NCBI RefSeq assembly: GCF_006345805.1
Contig: NW_021832417.1
Span: forward strand, 1-64,000
Direction of reading: 5' to 3'
Source of the DNA: Octopus sinensis
Lineage: Eukaryota
Length of the DNA: 64,000 bases
The notes below the pieces were generated by a model. That model was not told the origin of the DNA. It was given only the letters and a program-made list of their open reading frames with translations, and made no database searches. Within the stretch, counting starts at the first letter, position 1. Each line of letters begins with the position of its first letter. Positions 62,378-64,000 of the stretch are shown in pieces. The translations under genes were made by a program, and so were the position numbers.

Positions 62378-63678
62378 CAAGAATGTACCTAAAAGAAACT
62401 GGAATTTTGCAGTATTATTTTATTCACTTACTTTTATATGTTTACACTTTTATTGCTTTCAAAGTATTCTCCATTTGAAGCAATGCATTGACCTAGACAC
62501 ATTTTCCACCATTTGAAGCAGTATTGGAACTCTTGCAAAGTGATGCCTTTTAAATCTGCCATCATTTTTCCCTTCACTTCTTCCACATTTGCAAAACGTT
62601 TCGCTTTAAGGACATTTTTCATTCAGAGGAACAAAACAAAAAAAGATAAAGTCACAGGGAGCAAGATCAGGTGAATAGGGAGGGTGGGTAAGCAGGTTTA
62701 TTCCATTTTTTGGTCAAAATTTGTCTCACATTCAAGAAGGTGTGCACAGGTGCATTGTTGTGATGAACCCACCACTCTTCACTTTGCCACTGGTCAGAGC
62801 ATTTTTGTCTCAACATGTCTTGCAAGCACTTCAGAACTTCCAAATAAAATGATTGGTTAACAGTTTGAGCTGGAGGAACAAATTCTGTGTGGACAATTCC
62901 TTTTGGATTGATTAAACAAAACAGCATTGTCTTGACTTTGCACTTCACTTGACATACTTTTTGGGGGCATGGTAATATTGAATGCTTCCATTGACTTGAT
63001 TGCTGCTTTGTTTCCAGGTCGTAGCCATTGCACCAACTTTCATCACCAGTGATGATCTTTAGAAAATGGGCTGGATCAATCTCCAACTGTTTTTTTTTTA
63101 GTTCACAACACATTCAGTCATGACTGCTTTTGATCTTCTGTGAGCAAATGCAGCACAAATTTTGCTGCAGCTCTTTTCATTCACAATTCCTCACTTAAAA
63201 TTCATTGGCAGGAGCTTCAGGACACACAAGTCATATCAACAAGTTTGTCAATTGTTTGGTGATGGTCCTCCAAGATCAGTTCATGAATTTTTGTGATGTT
63301 TTCATTCATTTGGGAGGTCAATGGACACCCTGAACAAGATCGGTATTCAAGCAACATGTGACAATTCTTAAAGCATGAAAACCACTCGTAAACTTGTTTT
63401 GCTCATGACAGCGTCCTTGTAAGCTTTTTGAAGCATGACAACTGTTTCATGGAAGCATGCTATTCCTTTGTTTCAGCCATCACAAAAATTGACAAACTGG
63501 GAGAAGCACTGCAAAGCAATGCTACGCCACATGGCAGTACTTTACTCGATGCCACTGGTCCATTGGTTAGTATACTGGTGCCTGAGGGTTGCATCAAGTG
63601 ACTTGTAGCAGTGGAAGTCTGAACTACAACTGGCTTACTCCACAGAGAACTTTTCTGGTTACTTTTGGGTGTCCCTCA
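62378..63678 (-). mobile_element. Full-length (1301 bp) decayed mariner transposon between TA dinucleotides
   Basis: Ends ta|caagaatgtacctaaaagaaactggaat and reverse-complemented ta|tgagggacacccaaaagtaaccagaaa are diverged TIRs. The transposase has AAKFV, TGDESW, HNNAPVH and a frameshifted PP(Y)S.PDLAPCD motif (ORFs 62667..63113 and 62434..62622). Confidence 0.92.
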
Positions 63679-64000
63679 TAGTTTATCTCTTTATCTGTCA
63701 TATCCTGTGCCATAGCATAGTTTATATTCTAGTCTATACACCCTGAAACATATCTTGATATATATTTCTTGCTCCTTTCATCTTGCAATATGTGCTAAAT
63801 TTTAATCATGGTTAGCCTAATATGCATCTCCAGAGAGTTTTTCTACAGATCAAAACAACCATGTGACCTATATCATAATTCATTTCCTCGTCAGTGCAAC
63901 CATGTATGTAACAGTTCATCACTTGATGAATATAGCAAAGTATTTCATACAACAGTTTAAGTCCTTGTTGGTGCAAACCTGGCATATACAATATAGTTCA

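Overview
This 64-kb window is AT-rich, repeat-saturated eukaryotic DNA with no host protein-coding exon, rRNA, tRNA or CRISPR feature that I can support. The repeat content (tRNA-headed OK-type SINEs, RTE and R4/Dong LINE fragments, mariner and Tigger relics, very long TA/CA/AAT/CAT microsatellites) resembles an Octopus intergenic or large-intron region; this species assignment is inference from remembered repeat families, not a database result. Most six-frame ORFs are microsatellite artefacts, and the rest are decayed transposon ORFs. The most notable signal, which the ORF track does not show, is nine hammerhead-ribozyme (HHR)-like motifs of the type I, Penelope-like-element (PLE) kind, with the layout stem I - CUGANGA - stem II - GAAA - palindromic stem III - UH - stem I'. 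Four lie at 18.2-20.1 kb, four at 24.0-27.1 kb and one at 39.8 kb. Several sit inside or beside long fold-backs: a ~220-bp palindrome made of two divergent HHR copies, a ~280-bp fold-back with an HHR at its centre, and a 67-bp near-perfect palindrome 5 nt upstream of another HHR. All carry at least one deviation from the canonical fold, so activity is untested. There is also an 885-bp mariner derivative built from two inverted 5' ends, each with the transposase ATG, plus a MITE-like fold-back, a pile-up of Dong/SINE insertions in (AAT)n runs and two local duplications.
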